Part shown: positions 48,833-62,158 of the stretch, piece by piece
How positions within the stretch are numbered: position 1 is the stretch's first letter
How the letters are laid out: every line of letters begins with the position of its first letter
Assembly (NCBI RefSeq): GCF_009914755.1
Contig: NC_060932.1
DNA length: 64,000 nucleotides
Source of the DNA: the human T2T-CHM13v2.0 reference genome, Homo sapiens
Reading direction: 5' to 3' (one strand)
Notes under the pieces: generated by a model
Databases searched by the model: none
Told to the model about the DNA's origin: nothing
What the model saw: only the letters and a program-made list of their open reading frames with translations
Made by a program: the position numbers and the translations under genes

Positions 48833-49257
48833 TGTCATAGTCCGTTTTGTGTGGCTATAAAGGAATACCTGAGGCTGGGTAATTTTTAAAGAAAAAAAAG
48901 CATACTTGGCTGATAATTCTGGTGACTGGAAAGCTCAAGATTGGGCATCGGCAGCTGGGGAGAACCTCAGGCTGCTTCCACTCATGATGGAAAGTGAAGG
49001 GGAGCCGCTGTGTGCAGAGAACCCGTGGCCTGACAGGAGCAAGGGGCAGGGGAGGGGCCAGGCTCTTTTTAACAACTAGCTCTCAAGAAAAGTAATAGAG
49101 CAAGAACTCACTCCCACCACCTCCCAGGAAGGGCATTAAACTGTTCCTGAGGGATCCACCCCCATGACCCAAACACCTCCCATTAGCCTCCACCTCCAAC
49201 ACTGAGGATCGAATTTCAACATGAGGTTCAGAGAGGACAAATATCCGAACCAGAGCA
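48833..49257 (-). mobile_element. MSTB-like MaLR solo LTR
   Basis: TGTCATAGTCCGTTTTGTGTGGCTATAAAGGAATACCTGAGGCTGGGTAAT...; 5-bp TSD TGCTT at 48828-48832 and 49258-49262. Confidence 0.88.
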
Positions 49258-52200
49258 TGCTTGTATAGTGATTCTAAAAAAGGGGGCTTAATCGTTATGT
49301 TCCCAAAGCTGGTAGACCAAGGAAGCCTTTTTTCACAGGTTATCTTTCAAAACACACTGGAACGTATAGCTGTAGAGCTGTGGGTACATGCAAGGATGGA
49401 GGGAGGGCAGACAGTGAGCTACTGAACCAGAGGAGTGTGGCTGGGTTTGGGGAGGGCAGATAGAAACCATCTCTATCTGGAAGAAACTTTCCAAGAGATT
49501 CCAATATGCCACCTTTCTCCTCCTCACTCTCCTTAGTTAAAAAAATTCTGATGGTCCCAAAAATTCAAGGTACATGAGAATTCTCAAAGAGTTTGTTAAA
49601 ATGCAGATCTACAAGCTGCACTCATACAGATTTATTATATCCAGGGTGAAGTCCAAGAATTACATTTGAAACTTGCCTCTCAGCTGGTTCTGAAACAGAT
49701 GATCCCAGGAGCCTCATTTTAACAACTACTGCTCTAGAAGGTATTAAGGACAGTAAATACTGTATTGTCTAAATATAACCAAATGCCAAAAAGTTAGCTT
49801 ATGCCTCATAATGGTAGGAAGTAAATAAGACAATAGGTCTGCTTTAGCTTTGGGGAAAATAAAAATTTTAATTCTATATGTCCACAATTATGTATCTATA
49901 AATCAATAAATAAATATTTTAAAATTCAAATTATTTTAGTTTCAAAGTTAAAGAAACCTGCAAAGTTTCTTTTTTAAAATTCAATTTCTTCTGAAAAAAG
50001 TAATTCTTCCTAAAAGAAGAATTTACACAATGACTTTGGTAGGCTATGGGATATTAAAAACCGAGTAACCCCTAGTCTTCAACTTAAAGAGGCTCACATT
50101 CAAATAGAATAATATAATATCAAACTAATATGAGTTTCAGTGTGAGGTGTGCTGTAGGAAGAAAAAAACGCTATCTGTGTTCAACAGAGAAAGAAATCAT
50201 CAATGAACGATATCATCAAATCAAAAAGCCTAACAATAACTCCAAGTAAATCACATTTAATAAAATTTTAATTTTATTAATATGTAAAAGACTACACATC
50301 TTTCACGTATGATATAAATATTGTAGCTATTATTTCCTGGCAGTTTATGTTGTTAGATATATAAATGGAGTTATAAGAAATATTTAAACTCCAGACACTC
50401 TACTTACTACCCACTACTGTGACGTTTTCTACAATGGCAAATAGTCGAAGGAAATATCACCTGGCCACGTTTTTCTATCCTCCTACACAGCAACAAAGAT
50501 CTTAGAAATCTGCTCTCAAATGTCATTTCCAGCAATAAAACTGAAGGCCAAAGAAAAAAAATGCCATTAAAAAGGAATTGTTTTAATCCTAGGTTTTCCT
50601 AACCAATATGTGATTGGAAAGTAGTCTCCTGGGACTGGGTCATTTCAGGCAAAGAGAACCCCACAGTGGGTGATTCTGTTGACTTCTGCACAGAATTTCC
50701 TCACTTAGCAGCTCGATAAATAGGCTCCTGCAGAAAGGCCACAATTCCTACAAGAAATACTGTGAATGGGCAGAAACTCATTCCTCTAAGTTAGCTTTGG
50801 CATCTCAGAATTTCTGAGTATTTATGATCCTGCTAGCTAGCAGCCCCATGCCCAACAGACGTCTGGTCATATATATAACCTGCCAAATCTACTTGGTGAA
50901 AAATCATATATAACCTTTTCACTTTGACCTCTCCCCATACTAACAGTTTTCAGTAAAATAAATAGCTTCAAGTAACCCTGCAAATAACATAATAAAAATA
51001 TTAAAATGGAAGATGATGGCTATGTTCATCTGTTTGACTGTAGTAATCATTTCTTGTGCCTACATATAACAAAATATCATGTTGCACACTTTAAATATAT
51101 ACAACAAAAAATGATTTTTAAAAAAAAGTACCCATCCATACCCCCCTCCCAGGTGATATGCAAAGCAGCAAAAATTTTTTATTATTTATGTGAAATAAAT
51201 TGTTACTCACCAGGTATAACTGTCTAAGTGGGCAGATATAATAGCCACAGACTTGCAATAGAGAGAATTTGGGCTGTACAAATAAAATCCCACTATTACG
51301 CAAGCCCCTGCAGTATTTAAGTATGTCTAGTTTTTTTTAACTTTCATCAGATCTGTGGGGATATTTGCAAAGTGAATTTATGGTTTAAGACGCATCTGAA
51401 CGCATAAATAACCGAACTGCAAAGACAGTACAAAGGAAGGGGGCCTAGATGGATGAATAGAATTCCAGCAGGCAGAGGTAAGAGAAGTGCATTTCAGGAG
51501 AGGGAGGAATAGCGTTAAGCACAGGCAGAATGGCCTCTGTAAGGAGGGGGTACCAAGCCTGGGACTGGCACAGAGGCACTTACAGTAGCTCCTGAGAGCT
51601 GCCGAAAGGTAAGAGGAGGTGGCACAAAAGGACTTGAATATCTGCCTTTCTTTCCAAGGAAGCTAGGACCTTCCTGGAAAATCAAGAGAAACCACAGCAG
51701 ATTTATGACCAGGAAGAGACCAGCCCCATGCTACTTATTAAGCACGTTGATTTGCCATTGTTCAGCATAACCTCATCAAAACCCCTTCACATTCTCTCCT
51801 TAAGCTCCATGTCAGTGAGGTTTTATATTAAAACAGTAACAGCAAGCACAACAACACAAATCTGACTCCAGAAAGCCTGTAGAAATAAGGTAAACATTTA
51901 CTGAAATCTCTTGAAAAGGCAGAGGTAGCAAAAGAAACATCATATACATCAATAGTTGCTAACAGTACCCTTACACTGCTGCCTCCCACATCTCAAGCCA
52001 ATTTCCTTTCTGTCAAAAACTGAACCTCCTCTCTACTCCCACCACAGCCCTATTCTCAGCCTTCTGATTCTGTTTTCCTTTCAGTGGGTGAGTGCTCTGA
52101 TGTTTCTTTCCTTTGGCAGGGTTTGAGGTATGGTCCCTTGTTTGTGCCATCCTGCTGGTGGCGCAGTGACCAAAGACAAAGGGAGGAGGAAAGAGGAATG

Positions 52201-53178
52201 AGAGAGCAGGAGCGAAGGTTACTGGGAATTCTTATCCCAGTAGGACACACTGTCAGGGGCACTAATAGAGTTGGAGATGATCGAGAAGGTCACCGTAAAA
52301 CTCTCAAGAGGGTCTGAACTAGAGTGGTGGGAAGGACACTAAAAAGGAAGACCCAGATTCGAGAGACATCGCAGGCAGGAATTATGAACTGAATTGTGCT
52401 CCTCAAGCACAATGGTCAACAATGTTGCCCATCCCAACGACCTCAGCTGTGTGTTAAATTGCTAAATGAGAGGACGGATACAGGCACGAACAAATGGGCT
52501 GTGAGAAGGAAGGAGGGCCAAGGACGGTGAATCAGGAGTGTTCCTGGGAACCTAACACAGTCCCCCACTCTCCGCAATCCTCGGGGCATGCTGTCTGGTC
52601 CCTCCTGCCTCAGGGTTTCCTGGTTACTACTCCCTCTACCTGGAAATGATCCCCCCACCTCCAGCTCACATCTGCATTTAGGGAAGTTGCCTGGCCTACA
52701 GAAAAAGGCAGACAGAGCAAGTGCAGGGGCAGCAAAGATTTCTGAACCTAGAACAGGTACGTTAGGCCTGGGTGATGGTGCTTATTACGTCACTACAGAA
52801 ATATGGGGCCATCATTCCAGGCACATCTGGCAGAGATGAGAGTCCTTGGCCTCCCGGACCTGCGAGATATTTTCCTCCTGAATGAACGATAACCCCTGCC
52901 ACCTGCTGAGTGCACCCCGTGAGAACATCCAGATAGGCCCTTGTCCTCTATATTCTCATGTCCCTGTTTGTTCCTGATCCATGTGCAAGTACTCCATTCA
53001 CAGACTCAGATACGGATGTCATGAGCCACCCTTTTCTCCCCTTGTGAATGTAGTATAGCAATCAAAAAATTAGACAACTACAGTCACAGAAAGCAATGGC
53101 TTTAAGGGTGCCCACAGGGCACTTTCTGTCTGACTATATTGTTGTTTAAAACTTCAGATGGTTGCCGCTTTTAACTAT

Positions 53179-53517
<339 letters not shown>

Positions 53518-55029
53518 TCAGTAAGTCTTCACTGTCTGAATCAAAGAGAAAAGATCTGTTGAATGAAACAGAAGGTCTGAATGAATGTGTGCCCTCCATG
53601 TTTCTGTACTTTGAGAGCCTTTCTCCCAGTCCTTTCACATTCCAAAGTGACATTTTATTCTCTGAGATAAATATTTTAGGCTAACAATAATTTTAAGTCA
53701 AAGTGCATGATCTGTGTGCACCATTGCTGCATGGCCGTGCTGCGGACACTGACCCTGTGCCCTCCCCTCCTGAGGGCTCCCCAGTGGCCGGCTGGACTGA
53801 GAGGCTCTGCCCGGGTTGTCCACACACCAGCTGGGCAGCCCACCTCAGCCTCCCACCTTCTCCATCCCCTCCCCAGGGCAGGACACCCTGCTCACTTAGT
53901 GCAGGTGTGCACCAGCGCCTCCTTCCACACCCAGGTGTGTGGGAGAGTGCAGACACTGCTGTCTGCTCCTCTGGGTGGCCTCCGCCCTCTGCATGGTGAC
54001 AGACAGGAACTCGAAGAAAGTTTGTGGAGTGAATAAGTATATATTTATATCACAACTATTGTGAAAGAAAAATCATACTAAGAAGCCCTTGTTTGCTTTC
54101 TTAGCCATAAAGCCTGAGGAGAAGGGATCAGGAGCTGTGGTCCCACGGCCAGCCGCTAGCTGCGAGGCATCCCCAGGCCACCCTAGGCCCTCTCCTCTTC
54201 CCAAGCCCGGTGGAGGCCACCAAATGTCCCCGCAGAGGGGCCCTTCTGTCCCAGCCTCGCCGGCAGCTTCACCTTGCTCTGCTCTTGCTGGGTGTGAACA
54301 GAAACGTGTGAGGAGCTTCTCGCTTCTGTCCCCACCTTCCTTTCCTGCGTGTCCTGCCCTCCTCCCTCCAGCGCTGCCCCAAGTGCCCGGCCGCCCCCTC
54401 GGACCTCCTTTTCCAGGGGCTTTTCCGTGTTCCCCGTATTCACACGACTTCTCTGCCTGTGGATGTCTCATGACCCTCTAGAGCAGCGACTTTTTCCTCC
54501 CTCATTCCTTCCACTCCCCTCGGGCATCTAAGTAGCAGGAACCTGACTGTCCAAAGTTGATTTGGGAGCAGCCGGCTGCCCTTCTAAAATGATCTAGGAA
54601 AGGTGCCAGTAACATAAGCCGCCGCCTGCTGAAACTGGCGCGTCCTCAGCCACTCGCTGCGGCCAGCGTGAAAGGGGAGGGGAAAGGGGCATTCCTGGCA
54701 CGGTCAGGTGTCTACGGACAGCAATCTTAGTTAATTCTCAAAACCCCGGAAGATCCAGAAATGGGGTGCTGACAGGGACCTAACCTGTCCACCACCCCTC
54801 GGTCGGTGGGACTGAAACCCATGTCTTTGAGCTGCTTTACCAGTTTATTTCCAAAAAGTCCTCCCACACCTGGGAAGGGACATAGAAAGCTGATCCCATT
54901 GCCAGCCGGATTTCTTTACTTAACTCTCAACCGTGGTAAATCTAATTCGCTTACGACCTCTTTCCGAGAGCTGGGAATCTGCAGAGATGCTCTGTTTTCT
55001 GCTGTACTAATCTCAGGCTTCCCAAAGCG

Positions 55030-56170
55030 AGTGCCTCGCCCAGCTCCTAGGGGAATCCACGGAGCCCCAGGCGCAGGGCAAAGGATGGGGCGGGATGGGG
55101 ACATCGTACCTGCGCTCCGGGAGCCGCTGGGAGTCCGGCCGGCCCCGGCCGCGGGGAGGAAAAGCAACGGCTTGGGCTCCTTATCCGTGACGCGCGCTCC
55201 CCTGCGCCCCCGGGGCCTCCCGTGGGCTCCGTGCGGGGACAAAGCCAGCGCCAGCAGGAAGAGTGCGGGCAAAGGGGCGCCGGGCTTAAGGGGCCGCATG
55301 TTCGCAAGCCGGGAGGAGAGAGCGGGAGACTCCGGGAGGATCCCGACGCAGGTCCGGAGGGTGCGCGGCCCAAGAGAAGGCCAGCGGGACCACAGCGCGG
55401 CTACGCGGCCGGCCGCAGTCTTCACCGCGCGCCTGCCCTTGTCTACGTCCCGGGGGTCGGCTGGAGCTGCACTGGGACTCGGTCCTCAGTGTGCCGAAGC
55501 CTAAGCGCTGCGGGGCGCGGGGCGGGAACGGGAGGCGGTGCCTGGGGCCACGGGGTCGTCCCCCAGGATGAGGGCGTGTCCCAGCGCGCGGGACCCTCGG
55601 AAGTCCGCGCTGGGCCGGGCGGGCACCAGCCTCGGACTCAGCGGGTCTCAGGGCTCCCTGCGCAACGCCTGCCTCGGATCCGGACCCCGGGCTCGCTCTC
55701 TGGTCGCCGTCCCCGGGAGGACCCAGTAGGGTAACTGCCGCGTCGCCCCGGCGGTTCTCCCTGGGCTCTGTCTCCCGCCGCCTCCACCCCCCGAGCCTCG
55801 GGGTCCGTCACGGCTTCCCCTGGCTGGCGGGGTCAGTAGAACCCGCGGCGCCTAGGTCCGGACGGAAAAAAGCAGGGCCGGGGTGCGGCCTGGATGAGCG
55901 GAGATCTCCGCGCCTTGGGCTCAAAGGTGCGGGGTGCGCTCTGCTGCCGAGCCCCTGCTCGCTCAGGAACACTGGCCACGCCGTCACGCCAGCCGCCCCT
56001 GCCCCAGGTCTGGAGGCCCGACCTGCTCTCCTAGGCGCAGCACCGCGTTCTCTTCCGCGTGGGGGAGCGGCGGGCGGAAGAGGTCTGGGGCTGGGCACCG
56101 GGGACACGCGCCCAGCTCCCCTGGCCTCCCTGGGGGGAGTGGCCGGTTTCAGTGCTTCCCCAGGTGAAAT
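55030..56170. promoter_or_regulatory. ALKAL1: CpG island / TATA-less ALKAL1 promoter with GC boxes
   Basis: Very high GC and CpG density compared with AT-rich surroundings; spans exon 1. Sp1-type GGGGCGGG near 55519-55526. No upstream ATG between 55300 and 55500. Confidence 0.9.
55110..55299 (-). CDS. ALKAL1: ALKAL1 coding exon 1 (signal peptide plus N-terminal variable region, aa 1-63)
   Basis: Translates MRPLKPGAPLPALFLLALALSPHGAHGRPRGRRGARVTDKEPKPLLFLPAAGAGRTPSGSRSA, recognised as the ALKAL1/FAM150A N-terminus. ATG context GCGAACATGC (A at -3), hydrophobic signal peptide, donor CAG|GTACGA at 55110/55109. Confidence 0.97.
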
Positions 56171-58109
56171 CGCCAAGGTTGACCAGTGCGCCCAAAAAAG
56201 CAGCCGGCTGGATTTTTCTTCAAATTAGGGAACTCTTATAAAGAGTTTTAGTGTTAACAACTTAAAAAATGAAATTAAGGCCAGTCGTTCTGATTAAAGT
56301 GCGCCTCTCTGATCAAACCGCGCTCTGTAAACTGTTGTTGTTTTAGTTGTTTCAGCCGCCTGCTTTATTGCTTTATGTTAAGTATATTGAAAAATGTTGA
56401 AATTGCTCGCTAATCAATTGACTACTAATTATCTCCTCATATGCAAAGTGCAAACAGGTGAAAGGAAAAAGGCAGGAATAACTAAGGGAACTGAGGCTCC
56501 ATTACTCCTTAGGCGGTGCCCAACGTTACATTACTCTACAAAAAGAAATCTTGTGGGTCACAGATCCTGAATAATGACCTCAACTCCTTCAAATAGTTTA
56601 TCTAGGCTTGGCATGTCCAACATGCCTAAGAAATTGGGAAGCAAAGCAAGCTTTTGCAGGAGCCCTGTGAAATCGTGCCTTTGGATGAAGCTCTTTTGAG
56701 GAAGTTGTTACACAGGTGAAGACTGCTTCTTCCAATCGTTTCACTGTTAAGCACGCATAGGAATCTGGTATTTCCTAAGCAAACACAGCAGTGTAAGAGA
56801 ATGGCTTCCACCAAGGGAGACCCACAAGAGTCTTCCTAGAAAAACAGGTTAAGGGTCTGAAGGCCCTACTTAGGTGGAATAAACGCTTTCTCACAGCTCT
56901 ACTGAAGTGAAATAAGAAAACATTAGAAGTTCACAGACATTGACAGGCAGTTCAAAAATTAATTTTAATTGGAAAATAAAAAAATAGGGACTAGTCCGAA
57001 AAACGATGGGGAAATGCAGTATGAAATAATGCTGGAGAATAAGTGATACTGAAACCATGACAAATGGACTTTTTAATCAACCATCTATCCGGAGCAAAAG
57101 ACAGCAAAACCTGGAAGCTGAATTATTTCCCTCTTCCTCTACGTTGAAAGCTAGAGGAAATAAACAAAGCAATGAAGTTTTCAAGCCTGACAGTTTGGGG
57201 TCTACTTTCAGCTGTCATTAGCCATGGGGCCCTGAGCAAACCACTTAGTCTTCTCTCTAGCAAGGTGAAGAGGTTGAACTTCAGTGGTTCTCACACTGTG
57301 TACCATGTGAAGGAGAGGCTGTAAAAAAAAATGCAGGTTCCCAAACCCCTGGGGACGCAGTCCCCCAGGAGGATCCTGTAAATCTGCGTTTTAAGGGACT
57401 CTGGGTAGTTCTGAAGCAAGTGGTCCTTTGAAACCCACCTTTATTCATTCAACAAAAATGATGTGAACGCACACTGTGGACCAGGCAGTGGAAACACAGC
57501 GGAGCCACCACAGTGGGTAAAATAAACAAAATCCTCATCTTTGTGGAGCATCTAACTTCAGGGATCTAGTTCCTCAACACAGTGCTTTTATCATAAATAA
57601 ACAGGTTACGTATAGCTAAGTCACTCTTTGCTTTTGTTCTTTGTTCATTGCATATCTTTGACTACTTTTCTAACTGCCCCAACTAAATGCTGCTTGCCCT
57701 GCCTCTTGCTAATTAGTTTAGAGGCAACTTGAAGTGTTCATGTGGGCATTCCCTCAGTAACACTTGCTAATTTATTTAGTATATAAGGAAGGGTTTTCTG
57801 TGTAGAAATGGGTACTTAGTAACTAATGTTTAAAGTAATCCAAAGTTTTTAAAACTGTAACTGTTACAAGCTGTTTTAAGCCTTGAAACTCAAGGCACTT
57901 ATTTTCTTTACAACTTAGCTAATAAATTAAACAAGTGAAGTTTCCTTATTTAACACCAACAAACCCTATTAAACATTTCAAAATACAATCACATATTTAA
58001 TATAGTTGATTTTCTTAAACATTTTTAAAACCAGAATTTTAAAAGTCACAATTGAAAAATCCATTGCTACATCTCCCCCAAAATATTGGTAATATTGGTA
58101 ATATAAACT

Positions 58110-58458
58110 TGTATTAAGGTTCTCTAGAGGGACAGAACTAACAGGAGATATATACATATATATACACACATATAAATATATATATGTAAATATATATATA
58201 ATACTTAATAAACTCCTACATATATATAGGAGTTTATTAAGTATTAACTTACACAATCACAAGATCCCACAACAGGCTGTCTGCAAGTTTGAGCAACAAG
58301 GTGACCCAGTCCAAGTCTCAAAACTGAAGAACTTTGGAGTCCGATGTTCAAGGGCAGGAAACATCCAGCATGGGAGAAAGATGTAGGCTGGGAGGCTAGG
58401 CCAGTCTCACCTCTTCACTTCAATCCAATCAAGTTGATACTCAGTATTAACCATCACA
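58110..58458 (-). mobile_element. MLT2A (MLT2A2-like) 3' LTR with internal deletion of about 145 bp
   Basis: Minus strand TGTGATGGTTAATACTGAG...TAATACA; lacks the TATAAAGCAGG/CAGTGGGCTGGGG block present in the other two MLT2A LTRs. Confidence 0.9.
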
Positions 58459-61162
58459 AGAATAAGATTATGACACAAACCTAGAGAGTTGATATACTCC
58501 TGAGGTAGGACAGTAAAGGTATATTGCTGGCCTTGCCAGCTGAAGGCAAATTGCTTCTGGTGGGCCTTATGGACAGGAATGGAGAAAACGGCATTTGCCA
58601 AGTCAATGTCTGCATACCAGGTACCAGGAGATGTGTTAATTTGCTCAAGCAATGAAACCACATCTGGTACTGTAGCTGCAGTTGGAGTCACCACTTGGTT
58701 AAGCTTACAATAATCCACTGTCATTCTCCAACATCCATCTGTCTTCCGCACAGGCCAAATGGGAGAGTTTAATGGGAATGTGGTGGGAATCGGAATCACC
58801 TCCCCTGCATCTTTCAATTCCTTGATGGTGGCACTAATCTCCTCAGTTCCTCCAGGTATGCAATATTGTTTTTGATTTACTATTTTTCTAGGTAGAGGCA
58901 GCTCTAATGGCTTCCATTTGGCCTTTCCCACCATGATAGCCCTCACCCTACCAGTTAGGGAGCCAATGTGGGTGTTCTGCCAGGTGCTAAGTATGTCTAT
59001 GCCAATGATGCACTCTGGCACTGGAGAAATGACCACAGGATGAGTCTGGGGACCCACTGTAAGTCAGACCTGAGCTAGAGCTCCATTAATTACCTGACCT
59101 CCATAAGCCCCTACTTTAACTGGAGGACCACAATGACATTTTGGGTCCGCTGCAATCAACATCAGCTCAGAGTCAGGGTCCAGTAATCCCCAAAATGTCT
59201 GATCATTTCCCTTTCCCAGTGCACAGTTACCCTGGTAAAAGGCTGGAGGTCTCCTATTTCCCTTTCCCAATGCACAGTTACCCTGGTGAAAGGCTGGAGG
59301 TCTCCTTGGGGAAGGGCGGGGAAAAAATTCACTGCCTAAATTGTCAGTGATGTAGTGGGGTCCTTCCTCAAGGGGACCCAGCCTCCCCTTCATTCAAGGG
59401 GTTCTGGGTTTGTAAAACTGGCTCAAATCTGGAAATTGATTGAGAGGCCATGATTCTCTGTTTTTATAATTCAAATTAGTCTTTGGTCCATTCAACCTAG
59501 AATTTTTCTCCTTATAGAAATTAAGAAGGAATGCAGTAGGCTTCCTATCAATTTCACTTCTAGGAACACTGTGATTAATTAGCCAATGCCAGAGCTCTAC
59601 ACAAGTCAGACTATTCCGATTGCCGCTTTGCCTCTGCTGTCCATTATGGTAGCTACGCCCACCTTGCCTTTGACAGTTGAGTGTTGCCACTTGGCCCCTG
59701 CCTCCCTGGGATCCAATTATGCCCGTTGTATTTAAATTTTGTAGTTGAATGACTGTGGTTCCCACCATTAGATCTGACATACAGAAAAGAGCAATTACAG
59801 GGCTCTTCAAACATGCAAGTGCTGCCCTCACGCATCTATTTCACAATGCATTGGTCAAGGGTATATCTTCTGGACCCTCCCAGCTGGAATGAGTAGGTCT
59901 AAAGTAATTAAGCCACTCCACCATCCCAATATCCCTAAGCCTTTGGAGTCCCTCCTCTACATTAAACCAAGGGAGATCAGGCATTTCCAGCTTGCTCTCA
60001 GTGAGCTATCTTTTAATCCATATTTCAGCTAACTGAGCAAATAAACTATTAGAACCTTTTTTTAACTCCCCAAGCTGCAACATTAAAAGCAGTGTCCCTA
60101 CTTAGTGGGTCCAAATCAATAAATTAAGCCTGATCGAACTCTATGTTCCTTCCACCATTATCCCATACCCTTAATGTCCATGTCCATGCCTGTTCTCCAG
60201 ATTTCTGTTTATATAGATTAGAGAACTTAAGCAGTTCTTTTCGAGTGTAGCACACCTCCTCATGGGTCACACTCTCAACCTCACCTCTAGGGACTCGTGA
60301 GGACTTTAGTTATAGGTCAGGAAACAAACAGGAGTGTTGGGGCTGGCTCCTAAGGAGAATCAACATTATTTTGCCTGGAAACTGCTTCGGGGAGGCCATC
60401 ACTGTTGCCTCGGGCAGGACAAGGTTTATCTTCTCACACAAAGGTGGAAAGGCTGATGGCAGCATGGGTAAGGGAGGGGATTTTGCCACTACTGGGGATG
60501 GAGAAGCTGTTTCTTCTGGAAAAAAAGGTTCATCAGAGTTTACAAACTCTGGGTCAGGGTCCTCCCACACGTCTCATTCCAAGTTGCAGGGTCCCATTCT
60601 TTTGCAGTCAATGCCCTCACTTTAACAGTAAACACCTGGTGAGGCTGTGCACGCACCTTTCATTGCAGATCAGCCACTCGCATGATACGAGCTTGTGTCT
60701 GTCTTTCCACAATTTCAGCTCTTTCTCTACATGAGATAAGGCTCTCATTCAGGGCAATCTTAGTAGATTTCAGGCTCAGTATCTGCTTCTGAAGTCAGGA
60801 GACAGAATCCCTAAGTTCCTCATTTTCTTTCATCACTTTGTCCACTGAACTTTGGAGCAAGCAACCAGCTTCTTTATGTTTGTTGGGTCTCCACATATGG
60901 TCAAAGGTATTATGTATAGAGTCACTAAACTCCTTGCCTCTCATGAGCAGTGAATCAGGAATGTCAAATACATTTATTTTGCATAATTATCTAAACAGTT
61001 CATGCCAAGGACTATCAGTGTTCTCCATACTATTAGAAGTAGAGTCCTTAGCATTTTGAGATCTAATCATATTAAGCAACCAACTCCAGAAACCCCAAAA
61101 CCAACGAAAGAACTCCATCCTTAATATTATGTTCCTCTAGAACCACTCCCGGTACCAAAATC
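58459..61162 (-). mobile_element. HERV-L internal region, 5' half (PBS, gag, protease, RT N-terminal part), joined directly to the 3' LTR
   Basis: tRNA-Leu-type PBS TGGTACCGGGAGTGG at 61157-61143. Gag peptides (WEDPDPEFVNSDEPF, ELWHWLINH), protease [55 protein letters not shown]; stops before YIDD. Confidence 0.92.
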
Positions 61163-62158
61163 TGTATTAGTCAGAGTTCTCTAGAGGGCCAGAACTAATA
61201 GGAGATAGATAGAGAAGATAGATAGATAGACAGATAGATAGATAGATGATAGATAGATAGATGATAGATAGAGATATATACATATATTAGTTTATTAAGT
61301 ATTAACTTACACAATCACAAGATCCACAATAGGCTGTCTGCAAGCTTGAGGAGCAAGGAGAGCCAGTTCGAGTCTCAAAACTGAAAAATTCTGGAGTCCA
61401 AAGTTTGAGGGCAGGAAGCATCCAGTATAGGAGAAAGATGTAGGCTGGGAGGCTAGGCCAGTCTCGCCTTTTTCCATTTTTCTGCCTGCTTTATATTCAC
61501 TGGCAGCTGATGGACGAGCCACAGACAAAACTCCTCAGACACCGAGTTAAAGAAGGAAGTGGTTTATTCATCAGGGAGCTTCGGACAAAACTCCTGTCTC
61601 AAGAGCCAAGCTCTCTGAGTGAGCAATTCCTCTTCCCTGTAAGGGCTCACAACTCTAAGTGGGTCTGCATGAGAGGGTCATGATCGATTGAGCAAGCAGG
61701 GGGTATGTGACAGGGGCTGCATGCGCTGTGTGGTCAGAGTGAAACAGAACAAACCAGGAAGTTTCACAATGTCTTTTCCATACAATATCTGGAATCTATA
61801 GATAACATATCCAGTTAGGTCAGGGGTCGATCTTTAACCACCAGGCTTAGGTCAGGCAGGCCCAGGCCTGGTTTCGGGTCTGGTTCCTAGGCGCCAGGCT
61901 ACCTGCCTTTTGTTTCGCTTTTCTTTTCTGAGTATAAAACAATATGAGAGGGTCTGTCTCTCTTCTCTCAGCCTTTTTACATTTTTCTGCCTGCTTTATA
62001 TTCACTGGCAGCTGATTAGATGGTGCCCACTAGATTAAGAGTGGGTCTGCCTTCCCCAGCCCACTGACTCAAATGTTAATCGCTTTTGGCAACACCCTCA
62101 CAGACATACCCAGGATCAATACTTTGTATCCTTCAATCCAATCAAGTTGACACTCAGT
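61163..62158 (-). mobile_element. MLT2A 5' LTR, interrupted by an ERV1 LTR and by an SVA at its outer tip
   Basis: MLT2A sequence at 61163-61511 and 61971-62158; (TAGA)n at about 61204-61272. Confidence 0.9.
61512..61970 (-). mobile_element. ERV1-class solo LTR (LTR6B-like)
   Basis: Minus strand starts TGAGAGAAGAGAGACAGACCCTCTCATATTG; contains AATAAACC..AACTCGGTGTCTGAGGAGTTTTGTCTG; terminal ..CA end missing. Subfamily name from memory. Confidence 0.75.

Noticed and set aside
53693-54531. Overlapping ORFs in the GC-rich shore of intron 1
   Set aside because: No homology recognised, no splice or start support; explained by base composition.
55300-55425. 42-codon GTG-initiated N-terminal extension of ALKAL1
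   Set aside because: The ATG at 55299 has A at -3 and directly precedes the signal peptide; the extension has no support beyond an open GC-rich frame.
54806-55734. Plus-strand ORFs of 232 and 170 aa antisense to ALKAL1 exon 1
   Set aside because: Low-complexity R/G/A/P-rich translations expected in a CpG island; non-ATG starts and no recognisable domain.
56603-56628. p53-like motif AGGCTTGGCATGTCCAACATGCCTA upstream of the promoter
   Set aside because: The CATG cores are 5 bp apart rather than the required 6, and both half-sites have purine mismatches.
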